A DNA stretch of 64,000 nucleotides from Felis catus (taxonomy: Eukaryota). The notes under the pieces were generated by a model. It was not told the origin of the DNA and did no database searches. It worked only from the letters and a program-made list of their open reading frames with translations. Both the position numbers and the translations under genes were made by a program. Shown here one piece after another: positions 40,331 through 53,335 of the stretch. The DNA lies in NCBI RefSeq assembly GCF_018350175.1, contig NC_058368.1, positions 193,318,001-193,382,000 on the forward strand, in the 5' to 3' direction. Numbering within the stretch: position 1 is the first letter of the stretch; each line of letters starts with the position of its first letter.

Positions 40331-43300
40331 AAGCAAAGATGTCAGAGATGAGACTTAACCCGTCGTTGTACAGATGGGGAAAGTGAGATGGGGGTGGGGG
40401 CGGGGGCATGAGTGGCCTAAGGCTGTATGGTTGGTTAGGGGATTAGCTGGGGGTGGGATCTGACTCCTTTTATGTCACTGTAGGAGCAATACAATAATGA
40501 CCAGCTGTTCGGATAGACTGGGAGTAAAAGTGCTCAATTAAGTAAGGTAGTTAACTCAGGCATTCCTTCTATCTTATGTCAATTATAATTTTCAAAGGAT
40601 TAGAAGGAAAAGGCATTTCAAATAATTATGATATCCTAAAGAGATGTTTAACACTATAACTACATTGGATATGCTTTCATGTAGCTGTGAAGATTTAGAA
40701 AATGGTTTAAGGATCATGAAGAGGCTCTAGGCTATCATTATGACTATTAATTATCACGTGTGGCTGGAAACAAAAGAACCGATTATGCGGCTTACTGGTT
40801 ATTTAACCTCTCTGAGGCTCAGTTCTCTGGTCTTCAAAATGTAGCTATAATGGCACCTACAGCGTGGAATTGTTGTAAGATTTAAAAGAATACATTGAAG
40901 CACTTAGAACTGTGTCTGGCACATAGTAAGTGCTTAATGAACGTTAGCTGTTATCATCACCGCATTCACCATCATCATTATCACAGCCTCAAAAGAAGTT
41001 AGGTGTTGTTAGAACTGCTTCAAAACCAGGCAGTGGGCCAGGCAAGACTCCTGAGAGAACTGGAGGCAGGTGTATGGGACCGCTGCTGGCGGAGGATCAA
41101 AAGCGGTATCTTCAAAGCCAGATTTCCTTTTTCTCTGGGATTCTTTCAAGGGGTCATGTCAAGCTGTTCAGCCCTCATCATCCAGCTTGTGTGGACGCCA
41201 CACCCGTCAGAAAGAAGAGGGGGCATCCAGTGTTGTTAAAGGGGCCAGCAAGAAGGTTTATTAAACAAGCCTGGACACCGGGAAGAGGGCTGCCTCGTCG
41301 CACCCCCCTTGAGATCTAGAAGAGGTAACATGGGAATAAATCGAAGAACTTTTAGTTTATACTTAGAAGGGCACAAGTTGAACATGCCAAGTTTCCCCCA
41401 CTTGTCAGATAGATTCTTAGATGACAGTTCCAGAGAGAGGATGGTTACAGGCAAGTGCAGTTTGAAAAGTCTTGTTACATTAGAAATGCCTGAAAAGTGG
41501 GGATAATCAACCTGAGAAATAATGGAAAACTGAGAGGGTAAGTGGAGGATGTACTGAAATCCCAGAAGGGCTGTCATGGGGACGAGGTGGGGGATTTGTT
41601 CTCTGAGACTCTGGAAAGCAAGCCGGCACCTACAAATAGGCAGAAGTCGGGGCAGGCAGACTTCGGCTAAGATACAATGACAACTGCCATAGTGTCTAGG
41701 ATGTATCCACCCTACTATGTAGGGGGCAGCGTGCTAAGGGCTTTATTTGTATTATCTCATTTAATCCTCACAACAACCTTGTGAAGCAAGTACTATTATC
41801 ATTCCCATCTTGCAAGTCAGTAAACAGGATTAAATGAACCCAGTAGTATCTGCCCAATATAGCACAGCTAGTGAGGGGCGGAGACCACAGTCACAGCAAG
41901 TGATAAGACTCGAGTTTGTTTTCCAAGCACTGTACATTCGGCCTCCTAACCACTAGTACTGTCACTCTGACTCATTCACCTCCTGTCCTGCAAGGAAGCA
42001 TCTGGAATGGCCTGTTTCTTTACACTAGGAAGGAATTAGCAGGTTTCCAGGAGACCAAGACATGTGCCTCCAGCTCCTTTAATATGCACTGCTATTTGAA
42101 ATGTGAACCACATCTCTTTGTTTCTCTCTCTCTGAGGTCTGTCCTGTCTCTCTGTCTGAGACGGCGGTCCTCCTTCTGACCCGCACTAAGAGACTGTGGG
42201 GCTCCCAGGAGGCAGGGGCCTTGGTCCTTACTCTATCTGCAGCAAGTACCTGGAGCATGAGGACTGCCTAATTCACACTGAGGAATCCAGGAAGAGAGAG
42301 CAAATATCTTTGTTCACCATTTTCATGATTCTTATATGAATCTCAGCTTTTGTCCTTTGGACCAAAGAGGGCTTTTCATGGATTTTTTCCATGTAGTATA
42401 CATATGTATTCTGAACTAGGTCATAAATAAGAATTGTCCGGAAGACAGTTTTAGGGACAACCACAGAAATTCTGTCTTTGAACCTCAGGAGTTGCTTGCC
42501 CTTGGGCAATGGTCTCAACCTCTCCCAGCAGTAGTTGATTGATCTGCAGTAGAAGGGCATTGTCTAGACCCATGGTCATTCAAATTGTGTTCCCAGGTTG
42601 CAGGCCTGTTGGCCTGGGGGGGAAGGCGGAAGAAAGGGGTCCTAGATCTCCACCTTCCCTCTACCACCAAAGCAGCTCTGTTTTTTATCTGTTTTACATG
42701 CTAGGGTTCTTCCCAAGATTTCATTTGAAAATAGAGCTTTTAACTAAAAAGTTTGGAAACTTCTGAGCCAGTTGATTTCTCCTAAGGGAGTAAGTTGATT
42801 TTTCTCTTAAGGGCTCTTCCAGCTTTGATCTATAATTCTGTGATCACATAGGTGTGTGCACATGAATATGGATATATGTGAAGTCATAGAATATTCCTGA
42901 GCTGAGGACTCAGTTGTGTCCTCAAATCACCATGTCTCTGCATAAGGCTGTCACATTTTCCTATTTCAGTCACTTTAACGAACCAAAACTTTAATGTGTC
43001 TTCACCCTACATAATCCCAGGTAACATGCACGCATATCTGCTTCCCGCGATGTCAATAAGACATTGTAGCTGTGTTCAAATCAGCTAAAATACTGTCTGT
43101 ATTGGAAAAAAAATAAAAAACCCACTAGTGTTAACTGATCCAAGTGCATTTGAAACCAGGGAGGCAGGTACCCGTCCGTTCGGATATCTGCCAATGCACA
43201 AATAGACCTATTTCCCAGGCAGGTGTCCATTGTTGACAAAGCATTGTCAAAGTCAAGGCCTCACAGACCAACTTCTCTCAGTCCAGGGGTTTAGGATAAA

Positions 43301-45297
43301 ATGCTGCCACTTTGTGGCAGAAGGTCAGGGGCCCCCAGGCTGGGCTGCTGATGTATGGGTGAAGCCGTGTATCCTCAGACCTGGTACTGGTTAGAATGCC
43401 AGAACATCCCATAATGTTACCTGTGTTCTAGCTGGCTGCAGTCAGAGGTGACAGCTGGCCAGGACCACTTCAGAACAAGGGCCAAAGGTCCATACAAAAT
43501 TCAGCTTAGTGTGAGGCCCGGAATTCTTGGCGGGCTTTAAACCAACATCTTCCTTTTATATTGATCACAGCCTTTCTGTCCAGGGACGATTAGGCAAAGA
43601 ATGCAGAAATCCCACTTTTTGACAAAATGCCATCTTAAGCACTTATGAGGTCTCAATACAGTAGGTATCTATTGAATTCTTGGTGAAAAATGAATGAAAG
43701 GCCAAACATACGAGAAATTTGAAATCTACTGGGAATGAGGAAAGGAATATTCTAGGTGCTCATTCATGTTCTCCTTCATCTGTTAGTACTTGATACTGAA
43801 AAGCACATACTAGACAAAGGGGTGCAGCAGAAAATCACAGGTGTGATCCTTGCTTTCAGATTACTTAAGGTTTCATAAGAAAGGCCAATATTACCCAAGT
43901 AATTGTAGAGCAAAATATATGAACCAAAACCTGACCTTGGAGCTCAGGGAAGGCTTCTCAGTGGAAGCAATGAAGCCTGAAAGAGGAGGCTTTGGTCGGG
44001 TGAAAAGTGCAGGGAATAACCCTCTAAGGAGAAGATATGCATGTTCCGAGGTTCAGATTCAGAGCCACAAAGGGCAGTGAATCAAAGGGAACATATGTCA
44101 CACATCAGCCTGGATTGGAATCTTAGTTCTTTTACCTCCTAGCTTTGCGACTTCAGGCAAGCTATTTCACCTTTCTGTGTCTCGGGATCCTTCACTGCAA
44201 AAATATGGATCATTATAATATCTATGTCATATGACTGTGGTGAGGATAAACTACATTAACATATGTTAAATTCTTAGAATGATGCCTGGCACATAGTAAG
44301 TACTCACTTAGCCCCCTAGCTCATGGGCTCCATGTTCCTTCCATTATATATATTCTCTGCTTTTCTGTCTTAAAAAGAGGTACAAGTAAGAAGTAAGGAC
44401 TGAACCCTTCTCCTGCCATGTGGGTTACACATTACCCCAACCTCCTGCCATAATTGGTTTTGAGACATCTGTCCTTTCTGCTTCTAGGCTAGCGGGGGCA
44501 TGCTCTGAAAGAGCAGTTGCCAACGCTGTCTTGCATATCTGGAATAGTCTGTTAACTCAGCATGGAAAGGGCTGTTTCAAATCAGCCAAGGTGTTTGTAA
44601 GAGCAAAGGCTGCAAACCCTGAGTGCTTGAGATTAACGAAGCAGTGTCCCCCTTATGCTGAAGGGAGCCCACGTGGCTTGGGAATTTTGTTTTCTTATCT
44701 CTGGACAGCAGAGAGAGGCAGGGAAGCTAGCACCATAATTTACACACCTGCAAAGGTCCTCTTGGCAATTATTCCTTTTGAAAACACTGTATCAAATCTT
44801 CAACAAATTGAGACCCTCAAAAACAAAGATATTTTGCAAGTGATAATGGATCAGTGGCAGAGTTGGGATGAGACCCCAGGCTTCTGCTACACTCACGGTT
44901 CTAAAACTTGACACAAAGTAGCTCATTTTATCCTTATCTTTTGAGGTATGTATTCATATTCTCACCTACAGATGAGGAAACTGAGGTACAGAGAGGTGAA
45001 GGGGCTTGCTCAAAATCACACAGCTAGTAAGTGGGTGAGCCAAAATTCAAACCCGGTTTCAGGGGGAAAGGAGTTTATTTCTCAGTTTTGCTCAATCATA
45101 GTACCAGGCCTAAGAGTTGCAAAGGTTTCCCTGATTTGGGAAGAGATTAGAACACCTAATCTTTAGAATTAGAGAGATCTGAGTTCAAATTCCAGCATTA
45201 GCCACATAACCTTGGAAAAGTTCCTTTGGCAACTTGAACCTCTTTTTTCTGACTCATACAATCCACCTTTCTTGGAGGGACACTGAAACTCTCAACG

Positions 45298-45391
45298 GTC
45301 TCTAGAGTGGATTATTCTAGACCATGAGGTATGAGTGTGAAGAGTCTCTAGAGTGGATTATTCTAGACCATGAGGTATGAGTGTGAAGAGT
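45298..45391 (+). repeat. Perfect 46-bp tandem duplication
   Basis: gtctctagagtggattattctagaccatgaggtatgagtgtgaaga at 45298-45343 and 45344-45389, followed by gt. Confidence 0.97.
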
Positions 45392-48300
45392 AACAGACTA
45401 GGCCTTGCCTGATGGAATGCTTGGACCACAATGCAAATGAGGATCCTTTGGGATCTGGGATCAGAGGCCTCTGCAATGTCAGCCGTGATGATCATGAAGT
45501 ACCCGTGTGTTCTCACTGTTACAAGAGAGTGAGGTGTAGGCAGCGGGAGGGAGGGAAGCCTGTGGGGAAGGGAAATGGGGAAGGTGCAGAAGGTCCCATC
45601 AGTGAAGAGAGACTCTGACAGGGACGCAGGGGGCAGGAGAGAATGCTTCTGAGTCTCTTTCTTGGTCTCCGTGTTTCTTTCTCTTACACACCACACACAC
45701 ACGCACACGCACACACACTGTGGAAACTAAAAGGCCACAGTGGGGTGAATAAAGCATAAAGAACAGAGCAAATGATTCCTCCAAATCCCAGTCCAGCTCT
45801 GTTTTTTAACTTCTCTGTGACCTCAAGCAGGTCACTTCCCTTCTCTGGGCCTAAAGTGCCATTGGTAAAATGAAGGGCTGGCTGAGATGAGCTCCTAGGG
45901 ACCCTTCAGTCCTAGCTCTCTTGGACTCTTCAAACCAGGGCAAAGGCATGTTTTTCACAGGACCACTGGCTACACAGATCCACTGTCATCCTTCCCTGAC
46001 ACCCCACAGCCTGCAGAAGCCTCTCTAGCCTCTGACTGCCATGCTCTGGCAGCTCAGGTGGCCATTTATGGGGCTTGCATTACTATCCCACATTGTGATT
46101 TTTCTCTCGCATTCTTTAGAACTTTCATTACATGTGCCAGTCGAGGTGGAAGACAAGGCCTTGTTCCTTCCAGGACAAAAGTCAAGCTGCATGATTCCTC
46201 TTGTATGAGCAGCTTCTCATATGAGCCCAGCACAGTGCTAGGCTCGAGGACTTGCTCTGTCCACTTCCGATGATCAGTTGGATGTCTTTCAGAAGCATGC
46301 ACTGTAAGAAGGTGCTGAGGGAACAGAGAGGTGTCCAAGCTGGAGGAGCAAACACAAAGATCAAGCAGGGTAGGCTCCCAAGCACATGAAGGCTGCTTCT
46401 ACAGCCTTCTACAGGCTTCTACAGAAGGGCAGTAGACATGTTCTGCACGGCTTCCAAGAGACCAGGTGGTGCCAGAAGTGCTGAGAGGGTAGCATAGGGC
46501 AGACTGGGCTCCCTTCAAGGAAGACTGTAGAAACTTCAGAGCCCTTTGCAAAGAGAAAGAGCTGCCTCGGGGCAGTGAGTTCCCCATCCCTGGGTGTTAT
46601 TCAAGCAGGAACCAGATGGATGGGCTTCTGTTAGAGATATTGTAGAGGAGATTCTGGCCCTTTATGGGAAGTGGATTAAAAGCCCTCTTAGGCCCATCTT
46701 TAGCTACTCATTTGCATAGTCATAACTATGTTCAGATTTCCTTCTCTGCTTCTTTTAGCATTTTGCATTCAAGGATTTTGCCTGTAATGCATGTGATGTG
46801 TGGGTACAAACATTGTTTATTTCCTGAACAGTATTTCATTTCACTCATTCATTCATTTGGTCAATTTTTAAAGAACACCTGTTATATGCAGCTCACTTTG
46901 CCAGGCACTGGGAATTCATCAGTGAACAAGGTAGACATACTTTTTCTTCTAGGAGCTTAAAGATAAGCAGGGAGGAAGGCCTTATATAGCTGTGAGATAG
47001 TTGTGGATGAGATTTAGTCTGGGAGAGGGTTGAGGCCCCTCAAAGATAGCTCATGGTCCCCAGATATTAAATGTCTTTTTGTCTACACTGATGATGATGG
47101 TAATGATGGTGATGATGATGATTATAGTGGTAATTACAAATACTTACTGAGTGCATATTTGGGCTATATATTACTATACACACTTTATAACATATTGTCT
47201 TGCTTGATTGTCATAATACCAATGAGGAGGTAGATAATATCACACTATTCCTTCTTTTACAGATGAGGCAAAGAAAGTTCAGAAAGGTTAGGTAACTTGG
47301 CTGATGTCACACAGCTAATAAATATAAAGCCAGAACTTAAAAGTAGGACTGTTTGACCTCAAATCACCCTTCCCAACCACTGTACGACCTGTCTAAACAG
47401 AGGCTGTGGAAACCAAATGTGACCAGGTGGGGCACTGAGACAGCAGAAGAGAGATACCAAAGAAAGTGCATTAAGGTTGGCTGTCTAGAAAGCGTAGTCA
47501 GATTTCTCAGCATAGGAGAACAAGGAGACTAAAGAACACTTCCTTCTCAGGACTGATAGCAGCACAGAGCTGGGAGCTTGGGTTAACTGCCCCATGGACC
47601 AAACCTTCCAACTCTAACACTTTACAGGAGTTAATATGCAATCACATGGAGGGAATGGTTGGCTGTGCTGATCCTCAAATATCCCACTAAGACCTGGGAT
47701 GACCTGACCTCACTGTCTCTCCCTCAGCTTCCTTATGGACTAGAAATCATAATTAAAATGAAATTCCATCAGTGTATAATTAACAAGGTAGCCAATAGGA
47801 GCTTGAGAGCCTGAGTTTGACTTCCAGGTCTATTGTAGGCAAGATTTAAACTCAAGCCCTCTTGTCAAGAACCACCAGCCCCACCTTTGCTCCTTCCTTT
47901 CATTTCCCACCCTCAGCAGCCACACTGCACGGTACTAAGCACATGTACGTCAGAGCTCTTTGGTCCTGGAGGGGAACCCCAGCTCCATCACTTTATAGAC
48001 TTTGTGACTTTTGAAAATTCCCTGCTCTTTCTGAACCCTCAGATTCTTCATCTGAAAATGGGGATAATATTATCAAGGACCATGGTAAGGGTTTAGTCGA
48101 TAACACATGTAAGTATTTCTCATAGCGCCTGGAGTGCAGCGATTCAATGGATTATAGTAGTTATTGCCAGTGTATTCATCAGGGGTTTTAGGAATTCTGG
48201 GTCAGTGGCTCCCAGTGGGCTGGCATCAGGCTAGCCTGGTTGTCCTATTCTTATTCCCATCTTACTAGGTTTTTGTCAGATTCCTGAGAGCCAGACAGGC

Positions 48301-50784
48301 TCCATGGACTAGGTGCCTGCCTTCCTCCTCTGCAGCTCAGTCACATAATCTATCTGAGCCTCAGTTCCCACATCTGTAAAATGTGGATGATAAATTCTAC
48401 CTTGCTTACTCCACAGGAGTATTATGACATTCAAGAGCCAGCAGTGTGATTCATAAGAAATTTCACATAAACCATAACAGGTTGAAAATGGGAGGAATTG
48501 CTGTTACTGTTATTAACCCCCCAGGAGGTACCATATGGTCCATATTGAAAGAGAATCAGCACCTTCAATGTTTCTCAAACTGGAGTCTGCTGGACCCTTC
48601 GTAAATTCTCAGAGGTCTGCTAGTTCTCTATAAGCATTTTAAAATGTACTGTTTTGTTTCAACGAAACTCTAATCATCAATATTAATAATTTTGCAATTT
48701 GTCCCATGTTGTGAGTACTCATTTTTACAATTCCAGTGATACCGTAACATTTATGTATTTGCTCAATGTTTCCCAAAGTGGCTCTGCAGATGCATTGTAG
48801 GAGTCTACAGGCCCTCTGTTTTGAGAAATGCTAGTTTGGTCTAAGATTTGTTGCTGATGTGTCACAAAGGCAAAAGTTGTAACTCAGGAGCGCCCTGACA
48901 GGTAGATGTCTGCTTTGACCACAGTGTCAGAGCAGCGAATGAACACAGAGTCAGTACTGGGGTTTGGAGGAAGACAGACAGCCAGACTGGATAGCCTGGC
49001 TCTTTGGAGGGCTCCAGGGCCTAGGTGCTTCTTTAAGAAATAATGGCATAGCTCTCCAATTTCCGCAAGGTTCAAGTACACTTTATGGACATACCACTGC
49101 TCTAGAAATATAAATACACATCTATCCTATCATATATAAAATATGAATACATAAGCACATATGTGTGTGTGTGTATGTCTGTGTGTGTGTATGTCTGTGT
49201 ATGTGTGTATACACACATACACAGACATACACACAATAAGTGACATACAGTTGGGCAGATTTAGTATATGTGGTAAGAATCTCCCACCTATGTAGAACAT
49301 GTTCAATTTTCCAAAACATGGTGACATTCAGCATCATCTTTGATCTCTCCAATGACACTATAGCGTGCAGATCAGGAACTATCATTCCCATCTGATGGGT
49401 CAGGAAACTGATGGCTGGAGAGTTACCCAAGATCACAGAGCCAGCTAATGGTGGTGTCTGGACAAAAAGCGGGGGTTGGGAGGTGGAAGGTTCATGCTAT
49501 TTTTTTTTAACTCTGTGTACATAAAGCTCTCCTCTCTAACCACAGTCTCCTTCCTTCCTCTCTTCCAGCAGCCCCCCAAAGCTGGCTATTTGAATCCCTC
49601 CAAAGTGATCTGTTAGAAAAATGCTGTTGGCTGCTTTAAAGCCCATGCATTCCATTTCTCTTGTGCAGAGAGAACTGTGAAATAAAAGTGTAGCTCCCTC
49701 CTTTTGTTAAACCTTTCAAAAGCGTCCTTGGTTTCTAACTCTATAATTACACCCTAATCACAAACACTCTGAAGGAGGGGGTCAGTTCCATGCAGCAGCA
49801 GGCTAATTATGTGGCGGAATTTCTAAAAATTATCATCTTATAAATTGCGTTATTTCTCTGAAGGAGGAAGAAAAACACACACCACATACTCGCCTATGTT
49901 TCGAACTGAATTAATTAGTAATTTGAAGCCTAATTATCAACTAATCTATTGGAACATGTAAGTCTTTTGTATTTGGATGGTATATGCAATTTGCATCCTA
50001 TTAGCTGGCAGTTGTAAGGATCTGAGAGCTCATTAGGTCAGAAGAAGAAGAATCCAGATCAGAAGGATACAGAAACCCAAGGGGCTGACTTGGTGATGCT
50101 GTGACCAAGGGGTCACTTGGCAACAGATGGAGGCTGGCAACTTAATTATCTGGGGTCTTTTGGTGGCTCTGAGGCCACTGATATGTAATTTCTATCTTAC
50201 CCCAGAGAGGTGATTATGCATGCCCGCACCACTGTCCTGTGTATTCTCAAGCAGCAGGGTGCCTGCACCTTGTGTACTGAGAGGCATCCTGGAGTAGTGT
50301 ATAAGGCTTTGGATGCTGCTAGCTAACCTTGGTGGTAGACCTAGCTATATTCCTGGCCCGCTATGTGCCCCTGGCCATGCCACCTTGCTGGTTCTGTTTC
50401 TCTCCGAGCAAATGAGCTTTAGATGGCAATGACTTCCAAAGTCCCTTCTAGCCCTAAGGATCTGCGATTTGAGGGATGTCAAGGTTTTGCTTCATTACAA
50501 AGTCAGAAATTCCATCCTTAGAAATGTCTTTTTTAGGGTGAGACTCTTGGTTCCTTAAAAGTCTCTAGACAGCCCACCCCCATTTAAAATGCAAATACCT
50601 CTGAGAAAAGTAGCATATTTAGCTATTAATGTCTGGGTCTAAATTAACCTATTTCAATAAGCCCTTCTTATTTCCAGTCCTGTGTCTGAAATATTGGAGC
50701 AGCCAAGGCAAGGGAGTTTTGAAGGGAAAGAAGGTTTAGGCAGGGACCTGTTTGAAAATGGAGATCAGGTCAGAAAGAATAAAA

Positions 50785-51018
50785 GGGGCGCCTGGGTGGA
50801 TCAGTTGGTTAATTGTCTGGCTCTTGATTTCAGCTCAGGTCATGATTTCATGGTTCATGACTTTGAGCCCTGCATCAGGCTCTGTGCTGACAGTGCAGAG
50901 CCTACTTGAAATTCTCTCTCTCTTTCTCTTTCTGCCCCTACCCCGCCTGCACTCTCTCTCAAAAATAAATAAGTAGGCATTTTAAAAACAAACAAACAAA
51001 CAAACAAACAAACAAAAA
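50785..51018 (+). mobile_element. Can-SINE with (AAAC)n tail
   Basis: ggggcgcctgggtggatcagttggttaa head; tail converted to an AAAC microsatellite; flanking aaagaataa repeat. Confidence 0.92.
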
Positions 51019-51439
51019 AGAATAACAGAACTGAAGGCTCAGGCAGGATACTGTGGCACCATTTTTAGATTCTGCAATTTCGCCCTTTACCTACAGCCAG
51101 ACCCTGTGCCATTGTTCTACTAATCACCTTTGTTCCAGAAATAACTAGAAAATAGCAATCTTTTGTGCCATTAATAATTAATAGTACTCACAGAAATGAT
51201 ACAAAATAATGTGCCTAAAACTAACATGATACACTTTGTTATAGATAAAAAGTAAAAAATCACATCTTAATAGAAACAGAAAATTACAAAGACAAGCCGG
51301 GATAATAAGCGAACTTTGTAGAAAAAAAATACATTGGGGAAAACAGATAATTGCTCATACTGTCACATGGCAAAATGTGTTATTGATTAAAATATTTTAA
51401 TCAGTATAAAAACTTATTATTGACTTGATGGGAAATATA

Positions 51440-52295
51440 TCCACTTTGGAAAATAATTTTTGGAGTTTCTCAAGATGTTAAACAGAGTTACTATATAACC
51501 CAGCAATTCTACTCCTAGGTATACACTCAAGGAAAAAACTTGTACCTTATTCATAATTCAAATTCATAATTCACAAAGCTGTGGCATTATTCATAATAGT
51601 TAAAAAGTGAAAAACATCCAAATGTTTAGCAACAAATGAATGGATAAACAAAATGCAATATAGCCACATAACAGAATATTATTTGGCAATGAACAGAAGT
51701 GAAGTATTATATGTGCTACAATATGGATGAACTTTGAAGTCATTATGCTAAGTGAAAGAAGCATGTCACAAAAGACCAAATACTGTATGATTCCATTTCT
51801 ATGCAATGTCCAGAATATGCAAATACTTAAAAAGTAGATTGCTAGTTGCCTAGGGCTGGGAGATTTGGAGGGCAATGGGGAGAAAGTGCTAATTGGTCTA
51901 GGGTTTCTTTTTTGGGATGATGAAAAAGTTTTGTTTTTTTTTTTTAACATTTACTTATTTTTTTGAGACAGAGAGAGACAGAGCATGAACGGGGGAGGGT
52001 CAGAGAGAGACGGAGACACAGAACCTGAAACAGGCCCCAGGCTCCAAGCTGTCAGCACAGAGCCTGATGCGGGGCTCGAACTCACAGACCGTGAGATCGT
52101 GACCTGAGCCGAAGTCGGATGTTCAACCGACTGAGCCACCCAGGTGCCCCTGATGAAAAAGTTTTAAATTTAGATTTGGGTGAAAAGTTTTAAAGTTAGA
52201 TTTATAATTCTGTTCATATACTAAAAAGCGATGAATTATATACTTTACATGGACACATAGTATGGTATATGAATTACATCTTCTTAAAGCTCTTT
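51440..52295 (+). mobile_element. Ancient L1M (L1MB/MC-like) 3' region, interrupted by a SINE
   Basis: acccagcaattctactcctaggtatac...aatgaatggataaacaaaatg...atggatgaactttgaagtcattatgctaagtgaaagaagc...tactgtatgattccatttctatg are typical L1M 3' motifs. Confidence 0.8.
51933..52150 (-). mobile_element. Felid Can-SINE
   Basis: Full body. Perfect 15-bp TSD tgatgaaaaagtttt (51918-51932 / 52151-52165). Confidence 0.95.
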
Positions 52296-52308
52296 CAAAA
52301 ATGGGACC

Positions 52309-52532
52309 GGGGCACCTGGGTGCCTCAGTCAGTTAAGCGGCTGACTTCAGCTCAGGTCATGATCTCACAGTTCGTGAGTTCGAGCCCCGTGTCAGGCTCT
52401 GTGCTGGCAGCTCGGAGCCTGGAGCCTGCTTCGGATTCTGTGTCTCCCTCTCTCTCTGACCCTCCCCTGCTTATGCTCTGTCTCTCTCTGTCTCAAAAAT
52501 AATTTAAAAAAAACATTTAAAAAAATAAAATA
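52309..52532 (+). mobile_element. Felid Can-SINE
   Basis: Full body. TSD aaaaatgggac (52297-52307 / 52533-52543). Confidence 0.95.
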
Positions 52533-53281
52533 AAAAATGGGACTAAAAGCAAAATGAAATTATGTTTGGTTTTGGATAAAATTCCAGAAGAATCAAACTT
52601 CATAATAAAAAAAAAAGTGTATGGTCAAAACATGACCTAGGAAGAATAGAATTGCCAGAAATCATGGCCACAAAAGAAAACTCATAATGGCATGTTGTTA
52701 TTAAGTAAAATTTAGTATGAATAAAAATTATTTGATGAATCAAATCTTCACAACATTGAAAATAATCGTGCCCAATAAAAAGAAATTCAAATATATTAAA
52801 ATGAAAACATTTCTTAAAAAGACAAGTTTAATCTATACCACCTAGAAAAGGGAATAAAAAAATGAAATTGACATATCATTCATGTTGGAAAACTGCTTCC
52901 AGTTAAAGATTTGTCAATAGTAGTATAATTGTGATTTTAATGTTTATTTATAAACAGTAAAACTGTCACTGGTGTCAAAATAAAGGATCAAAAACAGTGG
53001 GGTGGAAGCATCTTGTATCATTCAAAGATGTGGTGGTTTCGTCCTTATTGTCAAGGGGCAGAGCTCATTAAATCTGCAATTGTGATGACTGTCTCTTCCA
53101 AGCAAGGTTAGAGGTTTACCAATAGTGTGTGGATGTGGAGGGGAAAAGGTAAACTTAGTATTGCAGCTCTGAATTGCCCTGTCCAATCATGCAGTTCCCA
53201 TCATCTTGGGATCACAAAAGCAAGCTAGGGCCCAAATATGCAAAGACATATAAGCTGAGAGCCTGAGTATACTGTACTCAC

Positions 53282-53335
53282 CAGATTTGCAAGGATGTAG
53301 TGGTAGCCGATGCCATTCTTCTCCAGCTTGATAAT
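53282..53335 (-). CDS. GRIA1: GRIA1 coding exon 5; 54 nt, phase 0-0 (absent from ORF track)
   Basis: Acceptor tgtgttttgtAG|ATT and donor CTG|GTGAGT. Translates IIKLEKNGIGYHYILANL, exactly bridging exons 4 and 6. Confidence 0.97.

Noticed and set aside
44420..44911. 163-aa plus-strand ORF, and the 170-aa ORF at 20177-20689
   Set aside because: No recognisable domain or exon structure. The first has a non-ATG start and runs into MIR-like sequence; the second lies largely in an MLT1 LTR.
45298..45391. Direct repeats with an internal palindrome as a possible CRISPR-like array
   Set aside because: Two abutting copies with no spacer, in a mammalian intron with no cas genes.
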